This document shows positions 47,906 to 60,900 of a DNA stretch of 64,000 nucleotides, one piece after another; within the stretch, counting starts at the first letter, position 1; every line of letters starts with the position of its first letter. This DNA is from Zootoca vivipara (lineage: Eukaryota). Made by a program: the position numbers and the translations under genes. The stretch lies in contig NC_083281.1 of NCBI RefSeq assembly GCF_963506605.1, forward strand, positions 1,054,001 to 1,118,000, given 5' to 3'. Under the pieces are notes generated by a model. The model was not told the origin of the DNA, did not search any database, and saw only the letters and a list, made by a program, of their open reading frames with translations.

Positions 47906-50720
47906 CCAGAGGCTCGGTCCCGGCCGGCATAACCCGAGACTCTCCGAGGATGGAGAGGGGTCCTCATTATGTTTGTGGCCTGGGACTCCCCGTGAGCAGG
48001 AGGAGAGGAGGACTGTGTGCGCGCTTGGAACAGGAGGAGGAGGAGGAAGAGGAGGGCAGCTGCATGCTGAGCAACTTTCTGCCCAGGGACACGGGTGCGG
48101 ATCGCGGCCGAGCCCCCCGAGCCCAGCCTGGGCCTCTGCGGTTGCCCCTCAACCCACGGGGGGCAGCAGAAAGATGGCCAGTATTCTATTTTTCTTTTCC
48201 CCCGTACGGATCTTTGTTTTGTTTTCATTTGGGTTGCACTCTACCTTTTTTGTTGTTTCGGTTGCTTTGTCTTGCAGCCACGCCAGCCTTTGCCAACCTG
48301 GTGCCCTCGGGGCGCTTCGGACTCCCATCAGCACCCGCAAAGCCCCCTGGGAGACTCCGGGTCGGCCGAGGCCGAGCTCTGCTGCTGTTTTCAAAGTGCA
48401 ATTTGCAAGAATCGTCTTTCTCTCCTCCCTGCGGAGGAGGCAGCCGCTTCTTGTATCCAGTAGAAGTTGTGAGGTTTTTTGTTGTGTGTGTGTGTGCGCG
48501 AGTGTTTAGCTCCAGCTTGTGGCCGTTGCAAAGAGATCCGGAGAGAGAGCCGCCATCTGTTTTAAAATAGTAATCATGTTCCGCCAAGCGACGTGCGACA
48601 AATTTAGAGATACGGTTCTTAAACGTTCCCTCTTCCTGTTCATGCCCCGATCCTGCTTTTTTAAATCATGAGGTCTAGGAACCCTTTGATGACATCCCCA
48701 CCCGCAGCAAAACTGCCCATTTAGGAAAGGGCTTTTCTTTGGGGTTTCAAAACTACATTTCACCCCTTAAAAATGAATGGATTTGCTGGGCCCGTTAACT
48801 TCAGTGCGTCAGCTCTGAGTGTTGTGTTTGCGAAGTAGCACTGGGCAACAGGGAAGATTCGGAGCCAGCTTGGTTTCTTCCTTCCCGGCCTTCTAAAGGG
48901 GGTCCACAGCGGGTGGGGCTGCCAAGACGTCAAACGCGGAAACCCCTTTTTTAATAAATCCGTGCGTAATTCTCTGCACGGCTTCATCCCATTCACACCT
49001 TCGCTGTCCAACAGACCCCCCCCCCCCCCTGTGCATTCTCCTGCATCCTGGAGCCGTTTCTCCCATCGGGGCTTTGTCTGAAATGAGTGGGTCTCTTCGT
49101 CTGAGTTTTTTAATCATGTTTCTGGTTTGGCCAAAGGGAAAGATTGGGGGGGGGGAGCTCCGGAGACTCAGGGACAGGAGGTCTCAAGAGGCAAGCCCTC
49201 TTCCTCTGTCGCAGCTTCTCAGACTTGGACACAAGCAGGGGAATAGTTTCATGCCTGCCCTCTTCTGTTCTGCTTTCTACTTTCTAATATGTACACACCC
49301 CCCAAAATAAAGTCTCATTTCGCCAGGCAGCTTGGAGAGGAGAGGGAGCAAGCCAAGGCGGTGGGGGTAGTGCTCCCAATGTGGGCAAATTTTGTGCCTT
49401 TCCCCGCAGATAACAGCCTCTCTTGCTTCACCTGCCGTGTTTCTTCCCCTCTCTCGGCGATGGCGAGATCCCTTCTTGGGAGAGCAGGACATGGCGCCAA
49501 GCTTTTCCCTTTCAGAGCTCGCCTCTCCCCAAGGCGGGGCAACTCTTCAAGGACTGCTTGCCTGCCCGAGTTCTCTCCCCCCCCCCCCCCGGCCGATGTC
49601 TTCGCTAGCTCCAGATCCAGCTGTCAAAGCCCACGTCATTGCCACGTCCGAAATGGCGGGGTTTTCACAGCCCTGCGGCAGTTCTGGTTCTTTTGCCTCC
49701 CCTCGGCCTGTTTGCCTCGGGAACGGTGTGTTTGCGTGTTGAGTGTGTTATATCTATAAGGGGTGGGAAGGCAGAGCGCTTGAGTCTGTGTGTGTGTGTG
49801 TGTGTACATATACATGCCGCCTGGGTGTTGCCGTTTTATTTGGTTTAGAGCGTGTCGTGAAACCCCTTCCCCAAAGAAGCAAAACCGCCCCCTGGGATGA
49901 AGGGTCTTGTTCAGAGAATTGTAAAATTAACTGAAGTTTTATTTCCCCTCTCTACTTCCTTTCCCTTCCAACCTGGCGGCGAAATGCAGATACTTCCTTT
50001 GCAGCCAGTGGCAGGTGTGGCCAGTGGTCATTTCATGGCCAAAGCCCCAGTGGTCTCAGGTGGCCTGGGAGACAAGGGAGGGTGAGGTGTAATGGGGGCG
50101 GGTGGAGACTGTCACGTCCAGGACTTTGCCTGGGAGGTGGGTGGGATTCCCTCTTGTCTAAAATCAGCATCTTCAGGAGGGAAATGGCAGAGCAGCTTAG
50201 CGCTTGCCTCTGCCCCCAAAATGAATACTCCAATCCATCTCCTGCCTCTCTAGAGGCAACCTGGTGCCTTGCAGCTGTTTTTTTCCGAACAGACCACAAC
50301 TCCCATAATCCGTAGCTAGCAGGACCAGCGGTCAGGGACGATGGGAGTTGTAGTCCAACTACAGCCGGGGACCGACCCAAGTTTGAGAAACGAACGGACC
50401 GGAGTCTCGATCATTTGTAAATTATGTGGGCGATTTCTGGAGGAAAGTTTCTTAATCGATAGGTGCAGATGTACATGTTTTTAGCAACAGCGTTCCCTCC
50501 CAGTTCTTAAGTACGAGGAACTTCTTACAAGTTTGTTTCTTCTGATGTACAGGAACCATGGTTTTTCTTTTTCTTTTTTAAGCCCCTGCAAACTTAAAAA
50601 AGAAAGAAAGATAAGTTAATGGTTTTCTCTTCTTTTTTAAGCCTGCAGACTTAAAAAAAAAAAAGTTAAAATGGAAAAAAGGGTGTGTTGTAATTATGCT
50701 TTTAAAATATCAAAAATGTA

Positions 50721-50726
50721 AATAAA
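50721..50726 (+). terminator. Candidate distal poly(A) signal of SLC35E1 (proximal AATAAA also at 48953 and ~49306)
   Basis: AATAAA preceded by TGTA and followed by a GT/T-rich tract. Confidence 0.5.
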
Positions 50727-50844
50727 CCCGAATTCCGCAAGAATCGAAACTTTCCCATGTGGAGTCTTTTTTTAAAAAGGAAAAAGTCATGTCCCCCTCC
50801 CCCTTCTTGGCTACGCCTATGGTCCAAACATCTGCATGGGAGAC

Positions 50845-51397
50845 CAGGGCCGGATTTGGGTTTGATGAGGCCCTCAGCTACGGAAGGTAACGGGGCCCTT
50901 TATATGTCCAGCTGTCCTTTGTCAACAACCAATTGTCGCTCTTTTTTGTGTTGAATATATGCTATATGGTAATTTATGGACCCAGCAGGTATCTAAACCC
51001 ATTTGCACACACAGTCAAACCTCAGTTTACGCCTACCTCGGCGAGTGACCGCCGTGGACCCGGAAGTGTTTACATCCGGGTTCCGCGGCGTCGCATGCGC
51101 AGAAGTGCTCTATCGGTGCTTCGCGCACGCGCAGAAGCATGCCTTCGGAGAGTGACCGCTTCGGCGAGCGACCGCCTCCGCAGAACGGATTGCGGTCGCA
51201 AACCGAGGTACCACTGTAACAAAATAGGAGTCTACACAACACAAAGCATTGTTGCTGTATGTAGGTTTTATTTTATTTGTTTTTTTATATTTTGGAAATG
51301 TACATCCAGGGGTTTTTTTCCTTCAATTTTTGGGGGGCCCCAAGAGAGTGGGGCCCTAAGCTATAGTTTGTTTAGCTGATACGTAAATCCGACACTG
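50845..51397 (+). mobile_element. hAT-type MITE containing a nested Tc1/mariner MITE (51012-51218)
   Basis: TIRs cagggccggattt / aaatccgacactg; inverted longer copy at 57760-59529. Confidence 0.8.
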
Positions 51398-51899
51398 GCA
51401 TAGATAGATAGATAGATAGATAGTCAGGCACGTCCAACAGGTAGATTGTGATCTACTGGGAAATCATTGGACGTCTCTGGTAGATCACTGGCTCCCCACA
51501 AAGAAGCTCAACAACTTTGGCTCCCCTTAAAAAAGCTCATGATTATAGCCCTGCCTTCCACCTCCCTTTGACTTGAACTCCCAAAAGGGGGCAGATCACT
51601 CGTGAGTAGATCGCAGTCTCTGGGAGTTGGCCACCCCTGGATTATATTTTGGAAATGTACATCCAGGTTTTTTCCCTTTTAATTTTTTTTTTGGGGGGGC
51701 CCTTGGAGCCCTAAGCTAGAGCTTGTTTAGCTTATACAGTACATAAATCCGACACTGGGATAGATACCGTAGATAGATAGATTATATTTATAAATGTACA
51801 CCCAGGTTTTTTCCCCTTTAATTTTTGGGGAGCCCCCAAGAGAGTGGGGCCCTAAGCTAGAGCTTGTTGAGCTTCTACGACGTAAACCCGTCAGGGCAT

Positions 51900-52209
51900 C
51901 CCTGCCTCTATCTATTTCTAACCTCCGCGCGGAGCCTCCGGTTTCCCTCGCCACTTTATGAATGAGCCGCCGCTTCCTTATGAATGGGGCTGCGCGCGCA
52001 TCACCCCCTCCTTCCCTCTCTCTCCCTCGGAATGGAACGCGGCGCCGGCTGGTGGGCGTGGCTCCGGCGGTCTCCACCGCGACCGCGCTTGGCGGCGGCC
52101 GTTGTCGCAAGCGCCGCCCCCTTTTTCAGCAGCTGCGCTTGGCGGCCGCCCGGGGCCTAGCGAGCTATTCGGAGGCGCTGCTCGAGTCGCCGCCGCCGCC
52201 GCCGCCGCC
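51900..52209 (+). promoter_or_regulatory. CpG-island promoter / 5'UTR of CHERP
   Basis: CpG-rich segment ending in a (GCC)n run and Kozak ATG at 52210. Confidence 0.7.
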
Positions 52210-52802
52210 ATGGAGATGCCGCCGCCGCCGCTACCGCCGCCGCCAGAAGGTGAGCCCCACGTGGGGGGTGGGGGTCACGTTAGGGGTGGGGGTGGGGTCT
52301 CCGGTCTCTCCCTCTCAGGCACTCTGCGTATGCTCAGGAGCACGAGGAGCCCCCCCCGCTTCCCTCCCTCCCTCCCTCGCCTCTTCTTGTGAGATCCCGG
52401 GGGGGGAGGGGAGAGGCGAAATCAAGGGGGGCTGTCCCTCCTTTAGCCATGCCACCTACTCAAGAGTAGACCCCCCACCCCCAAAAAATAACTGAAGCCC
52501 CCGAGGACAACCCCCTCCCCCCTCCCCCTTCCTTCGAACTTGCATGTCAATAGGTCTACTCTGAGTAGGGGAGGCAGACCGTGTGGTTGGGAGCCGCCAG
52601 GAACTGGGAGGGAGCCATGAAATAATAATAATAATAATACAAGATAAGATTAAATTCGTCAAATCAAATGCCTACTCCGAGTAGGAGGCTGAGCAATGGG
52701 TCTACTCTGAGTAGGGAAGACTGCCCGTGGGTTGGGAGCCACCAGGAACTGGGAGGGAGAGATAATAATAATAATAATAATAACAATAATAATAACAAGA
52801 TA

Positions 52803-52851
<49 letters not shown>

Positions 52852-54912
52852 TATCTATACCCCACCCATCTGACTGGCCACTCTGGGCGGTTTCCAACAA
52901 AATATTAAAATACATTGGTCGGTTAAACATTAAAAGCCTCCCTGAACAGGGCTGCCTTCAGATGTCTTCTAAAAGTCTGGTAGTTGTTTTCCTCTTTGAC
53001 ATCTGTTGGGAGGGCGTTCCACAGGGCAGGCGCCACCACCAAGAAGGCCCTCTGCCTAATATTAAGATTAAGAATAAGATTAAATTCATCAAATCAAATG
53101 CCTACTCTGAGTAGGGAAGACTGACTGTGGGGCAGGAACTGGGAAGGAGCGGTGAAATAATAAAACAGAACAAGGTAAGATGATTAAATTCATTAAATTA
53201 AATACCTACTCCGAGTAGGAGGCTGAGCAACAGGTCTACTCTGAGTAGGGGAGACAGGCTATTGTGCTAGTTCGCTCCCTGTGACCCACCGAAGAGCTGA
53301 AAGTCGGGACCTTTTCTTTGACACAAGCCTTGACTGGTCCCCCAATTTTCTCCCCCCCACCCCCCGCAACTCCAGACCAGGAGCTCCGCAATGTCATCGA
53401 CAAGCTGGCTCAGTTTGTGGCGCGGAACGGCCCCGAGTTCGAGAAGATGACCATGGAGAAGCAGAAGGAGAACCCCAAGTTCTCTTTCCTCTTCGGGGGT
53501 GACTTCTACGGCTATTACAAGTACAAGCTGGCCCTGGAACAGCAACAGCGTGAGTTTGGGGGGGGGCAGGGTGGTGGTGGGGTGGCTAGCGGGAGACTTT
53601 CTAGTAGCCGCAACCCTGTAGAACATTTTGAAATATCAGTATGGCACATATCAGTTTTTGAAGGGTGCCAGGCACCCACCCTGGCGTCTGGCACTGGCTA
53701 TGCCCTTGGTGGGGTGGAGAGCGGGGCTTCATGGGAATCCTTGGTTCTCTCCCGACCTTTTTTGGGAAAGAATTTCCTTCCCTTTGAAACCCCCCATGCA
53801 AATTCTGGCCGGCCCTCCTTTTGGCTTGGAATTGGCCAACCGATCAGTGGAGTTGTTTTGCCCGTCTTTTTTCAAAAAAAGGAAAATCGACAGAATGTCA
53901 GAGCTTTTAAATCCGACCTCCAGCTTTTGAACTTGGAAGTGGAGATGCTGTGGATGAGCTGGATGCGATCTCCCCATGTCGGCCACACAGAACTTCCTAG
54001 TAGGATTTGCGGGTCAAAATTCAGAGGTTCAGCCTTGCAAGTGGGCGTCTAGGCAAATGCCAATCACTGCCTGGGGCAATTAGGTTCGGGTCTCAGAATC
54101 CCCCGGAAGCAGAATTTATCCTGGAGCTAAACAGATATTTCTTTTGAGATCTTTCTGCTGTTGAAATGTCCCTTGATGGAAATGCTCTGGGGGAAAGGAC
54201 TGCCTAGTTAACTTTCTTTAGTTTAAAGCAGGCATCCCCAAACTGCGGCCCTCCAGATGTTTTGGCCTACAACTCCCATGATCCCTAGCTAAAAGGACCA
54301 GTGGTTGGGGAAGATGGGAATTGTAGTCCAAAACATCTGGAGGGCTGAAGTTTGGGGGTGCCTGGTTTAAAGCGTCGGAAGTTGAACAGAGCCATCCATT
54401 GGCAAGATCGATTAATGAGCTGCTCTGTGATCTTTGGATGAAGGGCTGTAATTCCAGAGAGGCTCTGCCTGTGTTTCACCTGCCCTGCTTTCCTCGCCTG
54501 CCACCTACAACGAATCCAGAATGCGGCAGCTAGACTGGGGACCGGGACCGGCCGCCAGGACCATAGGACACTGGTCCTAAAAGACCTACATTGGCTCCCA
54601 GGATGTTTCCAAACACAATTCAAAGGGTTGGTGCTGACCTTTAAAGCTGTAAACGGCCTCAAAGGCCCAATATACCTGAAGGAGTGCCTCCACCCCCATT
54701 GTCCAGCCTGGACACTGAGGTCCAGCTCCAAGGGCCTTCTGGCGGTTCCCTCCCTGTGAGAAGTGAGGTTACAGGGAACCAGGCAGAGGGCCTTCTCGGT
54801 GGTGGCGCCCGCCCTGTGGAACGCCCTCCCGTCAGATGTCAAGGAAATAAACAACTACCTGACTTTTAGAAGACATCTGAAGGCAACCCTGTTTAGGGAA
54901 GTTTTTAGACGA

Positions 54913-54943
<31 letters not shown>

Positions 54944-57900
54944 GTTATTATTATTTATCAATTCTGATGGGAGCGCCCAGAGTGGGCAGGGTATAAATAA
55001 TAAATTATTACTATTATTATTGGAAGGGGCCCCCGCAGCCCCCCTGAGGTGGCGCATGGTTTGGAACTGCTGACTCGAGCGTCTTTCCTTGACATGCTCC
55101 TATCTCCCTCCCCTCCCTTCCAGTGCTGTGCAAGCAGAGCCAAGATCTGGAGCCCGCGCCGCAGATCCAGCCGCTTCCCCAGCCCGCCCTGGCGACGGCC
55201 ACCCCCGCCGCCACCCCCCTCCCCACGCCGCAGGGCACCCCCTCCATGGAGGAGCTGATCCAGCAGAGCCTGTGGAACCTGCAACAGCAAGAGCAGCACC
55301 TCCTGGCTCTGAGACAGGTAAAAGGGCAGGTGGGCGGAGATGCAAGCCAGCCAGGGCTCTTGGCTCAGACACAATAGAGATACAGATTGTTCTTCTTCTG
55401 TTTTGTTTTCTACGTGGGCACTATTTCTCATTTCTTCTTTTTTTGCATTTTATCTTACTCTCTGCACTTGCATTTTTGTACTTTTAATTATTTTAAATTT
55501 TTATTTGTTTTTTTTGTTGTTGAAAAAATATAAACTTATATAAAAGTCAATTCAAAGTGAACTTCCCCCCATCCCCTCCAGGGGTCCCAATGTCAGCATT
55601 TACAACTGCATTCCAGTCTGTTAGGGACGCGGGTGGCACTGTGGGTTAAACCACAGAGCCTAGGACTTGCCGATTAGAAGGTTGGCGGTTCGAATCTCCG
55701 CGATGGGGTGAGCTCCCGTTGCTCGGTCCCAGCTCCTGCCAACCTGGCAGTTCGAAAGCACGTCAAAGTGCAAGTAGATAAATAGGTGCCGCTCCGGCGG
55801 GATGGTCAACAGTGTTTCCATGCACTGCTCTAGTTCGCCAGAAGCAGCTTAGTCATGCTGGCCACATGACCCGGAAGCTGTACGCCGGCTCCCTCGGCCA
55901 ATGAAGCGAGATGAGTGCCGCAACCCCAGAGTTGTCCGCAACTGGACCTAATGGTCAGGGGTACCTTTCCATTAACAAGTCCGTTATCCACATTTTGTCC
56001 ATAGTTTTTGTTACTTTACAAGTGTGATTAAAATCCTGATAATGTTTTCATCTGCTTACAAAGATCTCCTAGATAAATTATAATTTGCCCCCCATTCTTT
56101 TTAAAAAGTTATTGTCCTCTTGGTTCCTGAGCTTTGAATGCCCAGTTAATTTTGCCATTTTGGCATAGTCCGTCAGCTTGGTTTGCCATTCTTCCTTGGT
56201 CGGGTACTTTTTATCTTTCTATAAAGAATATAAAGAATACATATACATATACAAAAATGAAAGAGGCAGTTAAAAAGGGAAAAGCAAGGTGCCTTAACTC
56301 TGTGTGCTCCTGAGAGCTTTTTAAAATCATCTTGCAGAGTGTGGAGTCTATGCCAGACTTCAAACGCGGGTGGCACTGTGGTCTAAACCAATGAGCCCCT
56401 TGGGCTTGCTGATCAGAAGGTTGGCGGTTTGAATCCCCGCGACGGGGGGAGCTCCCGTTGCTCTGCCCCAGCTCCTGCCAACCTAGCAGTTCGAAATCAT
56501 GCCAGTGCGAGTAGATAAATACGGTAGGTACCGCTGGGGTGGGAAGGTAAATGGCGTTTCCATGCGCTCTGGTTTACGTCATGCGCCAGAAGCGACTTAG
56601 TCCTGCTGGCCCCATGACTCAGAAAGATGTCTGTGGACAAACGCCGACTCCCTCAGCCTGAAAGCGAGATGAGCGCCGCAACCCCAGAGTCGCCTTGGAC
56701 TGGACTTAACCCTTCTGGAGGTCCTTTACCTTTTTTACCTTTTTATCCCTATGCCAGCACGCAGCCAGGGTGGGGCTATCCTGGCACCTCCAGTTCATGG
56801 CTTCTGTGTTTGTGTGGCATAGGAAAGTTCATGGGTGGGGTGGGGTGGGGAGCTTAAGATCTTTTAGCCCCTTCCTCCTCTTCCAGCTCTGCAAAGAGGG
56901 CAGCTCGCACTGGCTTGTTCGCGGTAGCCCTTGAGGGGCAGCAAGGTGCCAGGGCCTCGCTTGGAGGTGGGTGCGAGTGGGTGGGCTCTCTCGCCACCCA
57001 ACTCTACCTTCAAGACCCTTGTCACCCCCACCCCCCCCACCCCCAGGAGCAAATCACTTCCGCCATCGCGCTGGCCGTGGAACAGCAGATGCAGAAGGTC
57101 CTCGAGGAGACGCAGCTGGACATGAACGAGTTCGACAACTTGCTCCAGCCCATCATCGACACATGCACCAAAGACGCCATCTCGGTAGGCAGGGCTCGGG
57201 GGTGGGTGGGGTTGCATCCTGATGTCGCAGGTGGGCTGCCCCCCCCAAAGGCGTCGAAGGCCGTGTGTTGTAGCGCTCTGACCCAGAGGCTTACCTTCCA
57301 AGTCCCGGACTGCAGAATCCGGGACCGGCAGCCATGTGACACCGGAAGTTGCGTCGACGTAACTTCCGGTGTCGCTTTGCCCTTCTATGGGCACCAAAAA
57401 TGGCCGCTGCCGGCTTCGAAAGTTGCTTGTACACATGTCAGGAAATGCGTTGACGCAACTTCCAGTGTCGCTCCGCCCATCTATGGGCATCAAAAATGGT
57501 CGCCGCCGACACTGGAAGTCACGTCTATGCACCGGACATGCGTAGATGCGACTTTTGAAGCCACCGGCAGCCATTTTTGGTGCCCATAGAAGGGCAAATC
57601 GGAAAAAAAAATGGCTGTCGGCAGGAGAAAATAACGGAGAAAAACGGGAGACAAAGTGATACGGGGTACCACCGGGAAAAGGTAAGTAAAAACGGGGTAC
57701 TTGGCAGCTATGCCCAGAGGATGTGCTCTTGTGTCCAGCTGTGGATTCTCCCTAAAGACCAGTGCTGGATATTGTTGTTGTTTAGTCGTTTAGTCGTGTC
57801 CGACTCTTCGTGACCCCATGGACCAGAGCACGCCAGGCACTCCTGTCTTGCACTGCCTCCCGCAGTTTGGTCAAACTCATGTTCGTAGCTTCGGGAACAC

Positions 57901-60900
57901 TGTCCAACCATCTCGTCCTCTGTCGTCCCCTTCTCCTAGTGCCCTCCATCTTTCCCAACATCAGGGTCTTTTCCAGGGAGTCTTCTCTTCTCATGAGGTG
58001 GCCAAAGTATTGGAGCCTCAGCTTCACGATCTGTCCTTCCAGTGAGCACTCAGGGCTGATTTCCTTAAGAATGGATAGGTTTGATCTTCTTGCAGTCCAT
58101 GGGACTCTCAAGAGTCTCCTCCAGCACCATAATTCAAAAGCATCAATTCTTCGGTGATCAGCCTTCTTTATGGATATACTGTACTGGATATACATATAAG
58201 CTAAACAAGCTCTAGCTCAGGGCCCCACTCTCTTGGGGGCCCCCATAAAATTTTAAGGGAAAAAACCAGCTGGATGTACATTTCCAAAATATAAGATAAA
58301 AAACAAATAAAATAAAGCCTACATACAGCAACAGTGTTTTGTGTTGTGTCGGCTCCTAGGATGTAAGTCATGGCCTGCTAGCCTGCTCCCTCAAATATCA
58401 CTGCTTTGCTCCTTTCTATATATAGGGTGCCTACATAAAATATGTATTTTATGATAAAACTAGTGTATTTCAGCCCGTTCAATAACGGGCTCTAGAAAAT
58501 CCTGGGGTTCGGAGAAGCGCTTGCGCAGCGCTTCTCCGAACCCTGGGACCTGTCATTGCTGTTGGCGGCAAGGGGACAGGAACGGAGGAGGCGAAAGCGC
58601 TGCTTTCTCCTCCTCCGTTCCTCTCCCGCAGCCGCCGACAGCAAGGAGACCTCCCAGGGTTCGGAGAAGCGCTTGCGCAGCGCTTCTCCGAACCCTGGGA
58701 CCTGTCCTTGCTGTCGGCAGCAGGGGGACAGGAACGAAGGAGGAGAAAGCGCTGCTTTCTCCTCCTCCGTTCCTCTCCTGCAGCTGCCGACAGGAAGCAG
58801 ACATCCCAGAGTTCGGAGAAGCACTTGCACAGCGCTTCTCTGAACCCTGGGACCTGTCCTTGCTGTCGGCGGCAGGGGGACAGGAACGAAGGAGGAGAAA
58901 GCAGCGCTCTGCTTTCTCCTCCTCCGTTCCTCTCCCGCAGCCGCCGACAGGAAGCAGACATCCCACGGTTCGGAGAAGCGCTTGTGCAGCGCTTCTCCGA
59001 ACCCTGGGACCCGTCCTTGCTGTCGGCGGCAGGGGGACAGGAACGGAGGAGCGCTTTCTCCTCCTTCCTTCCTCTCCCCCCCCCCCCGCCTCCTCCAACC
59101 GCCGCTCCTCTCACGGGCCAGGGAGGGTTGTGAGGAGGCCTTCGCCGGCCTCCACCCTCGCTTCCCTGACGTGCCCTGCAGTGAGGCAGTGTCCGGCGGG
59201 ATCGGCGGTTGGAGGAGGCAGAGGGGGGGGGGAGAGTGCGCGCGCGCAGTCTCTGCTGTCCAATCCCTGTATCCCTGGGGCACATGCGCAGTACCCCAGG
59301 GACACACGGGACAACTGGACGCAGGGACACAGGGACATTATTATATAGGATACCTATTTTGTTTTGTGCAAATGGCTTGAGATACCTATTAGGTCCATCA
59401 ATTACCATATGGCATATATTTAACACGAAAAACAACGACCATTTGTTGTTGACAAAGGACAGCAGGACATAGAAAGGGCCCTGTTACCTTCAGGAGCTGA
59501 GGGCCGCATCAAACCTCAATCCGGCCCTGCTAAAGACCAACGGTTTGGATGGTTTTCTGGAGTCAGTCACTTAGTGGTGCTTCGGGACATTTCTGATATT
59601 ATTTTTTTCCAAAAATAAATGTTTGCATTTTTATTTTCTGTGGCTTAACGGCACAGCAAGCCAACTTCCTTTCGTGGCAGGAATATCTTGTTTTCTTTCC
59701 TGTTGAAGGAAGCCTGCATTTTATATGACTCTTGCTGGCTTGAATGCTACTTGGATTCATGTGTGATATTTGTCTACTTTTGTTTACAGTTCTTGCATTT
59801 AATTATATAGAAGGGTTAAAATCCCTGCTTAGGGTACATTTTTTTTTACATAGCTATTCCAAATGACCTTTCACAATTAGCCTAGAATGTCAGGCAATGT
59901 AGAATAATGGTGAAAGATCATTTTAAATTTAATCGTCTGCAGTCCAAATGATGGTGGAGCAAATATTCTCTCTTTCTCTCTCAAAACCTGACTTTCTCCC
60001 CTTGGCTCATGGCCACCTCTGACTGTTCCCTTTTGTTATCCCAGGCCGGCAAGAACTGGATGTTCAGCAACGCCAAGTCCCCGCAGCATTGTGAACTCAT
60101 GGCCGGGCACCTGCGCAACCGCATCACCGCCGAGGGGGCGCATTTCGAGTTGCGCCTCCACTTGATCTACCTGATCAACGATGTCCTTCACCACTGGTGA
60201 GGTCCTGCCTCACTCCGGGGCAGGGCGGATTGGATTTAAATCAAATCGATTTAAATCACTAGTCAGGAAGACTTGATTTAAATCATGGGTTTTTTTAGAG
60301 GAAGAGTCATTCTTGCCGGTATAACCTTAATAGTTTACAGCCAGAGGAAGGTTTCCCTTTTGGAATAATAGATTTTCAGAGTAGTTTTTCAGTTGTATCA
60401 AAAATCACTGATTTGGTTCTGCTATTAGAAATACATAATCCTAGAATCCTAGAATTGGCCATCCAGTCCAACCCCCTGCCAAGCAGGAAACACCATCAAA
60501 GCATTCTTGACATATGGCTGTCAAGCCTCTGCTTAAAGACCTCCAAAGAAGGAGACTCCACCACACTCCTTGGCAGCAAATTCCACTGCCGAACAGCTCT
60601 TACTGTCAAGAAGTTCTTCCTAATGTTTAGGTGGAATCTTTTTTCTTGTAGTTTGAATCCATTGCTCAAACAGATAATTTGAGGCAGATAATTGTGAAAT
60701 TATTGTGAGGTTTAATAAGTTAACTGTTTATATTTGGACAACTTTTCTGCCGTACTCTATTGGAAGGAGGAAAACAATAATTTCCTTAAGAACAATTTAA
60801 ACAATTTATTTATTTAACTAAAGCAATGACATTATAGCGTACGTTTCCATGTTTGTTAACTGATGGGGTTAAACAGTCAGAGGCGATGGAGAGCCAAGGG

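Larger units (their letters stand above)
57760..59529 (-). mobile_element. hAT-type MITE hosting a BovB and a Helitron
   Basis: TIRs cagtgctggat / atccggccctg; perfect 8-bp TSD ctaaagac (57752-57759, 59530-59537). Confidence 0.88.

Noticed and set aside
58479-59435. 270-320-aa repetitive ORFs inside the Helitron
   Set aside because: Translations of the 152-bp tandem repeat, with no Rep or helicase motifs.
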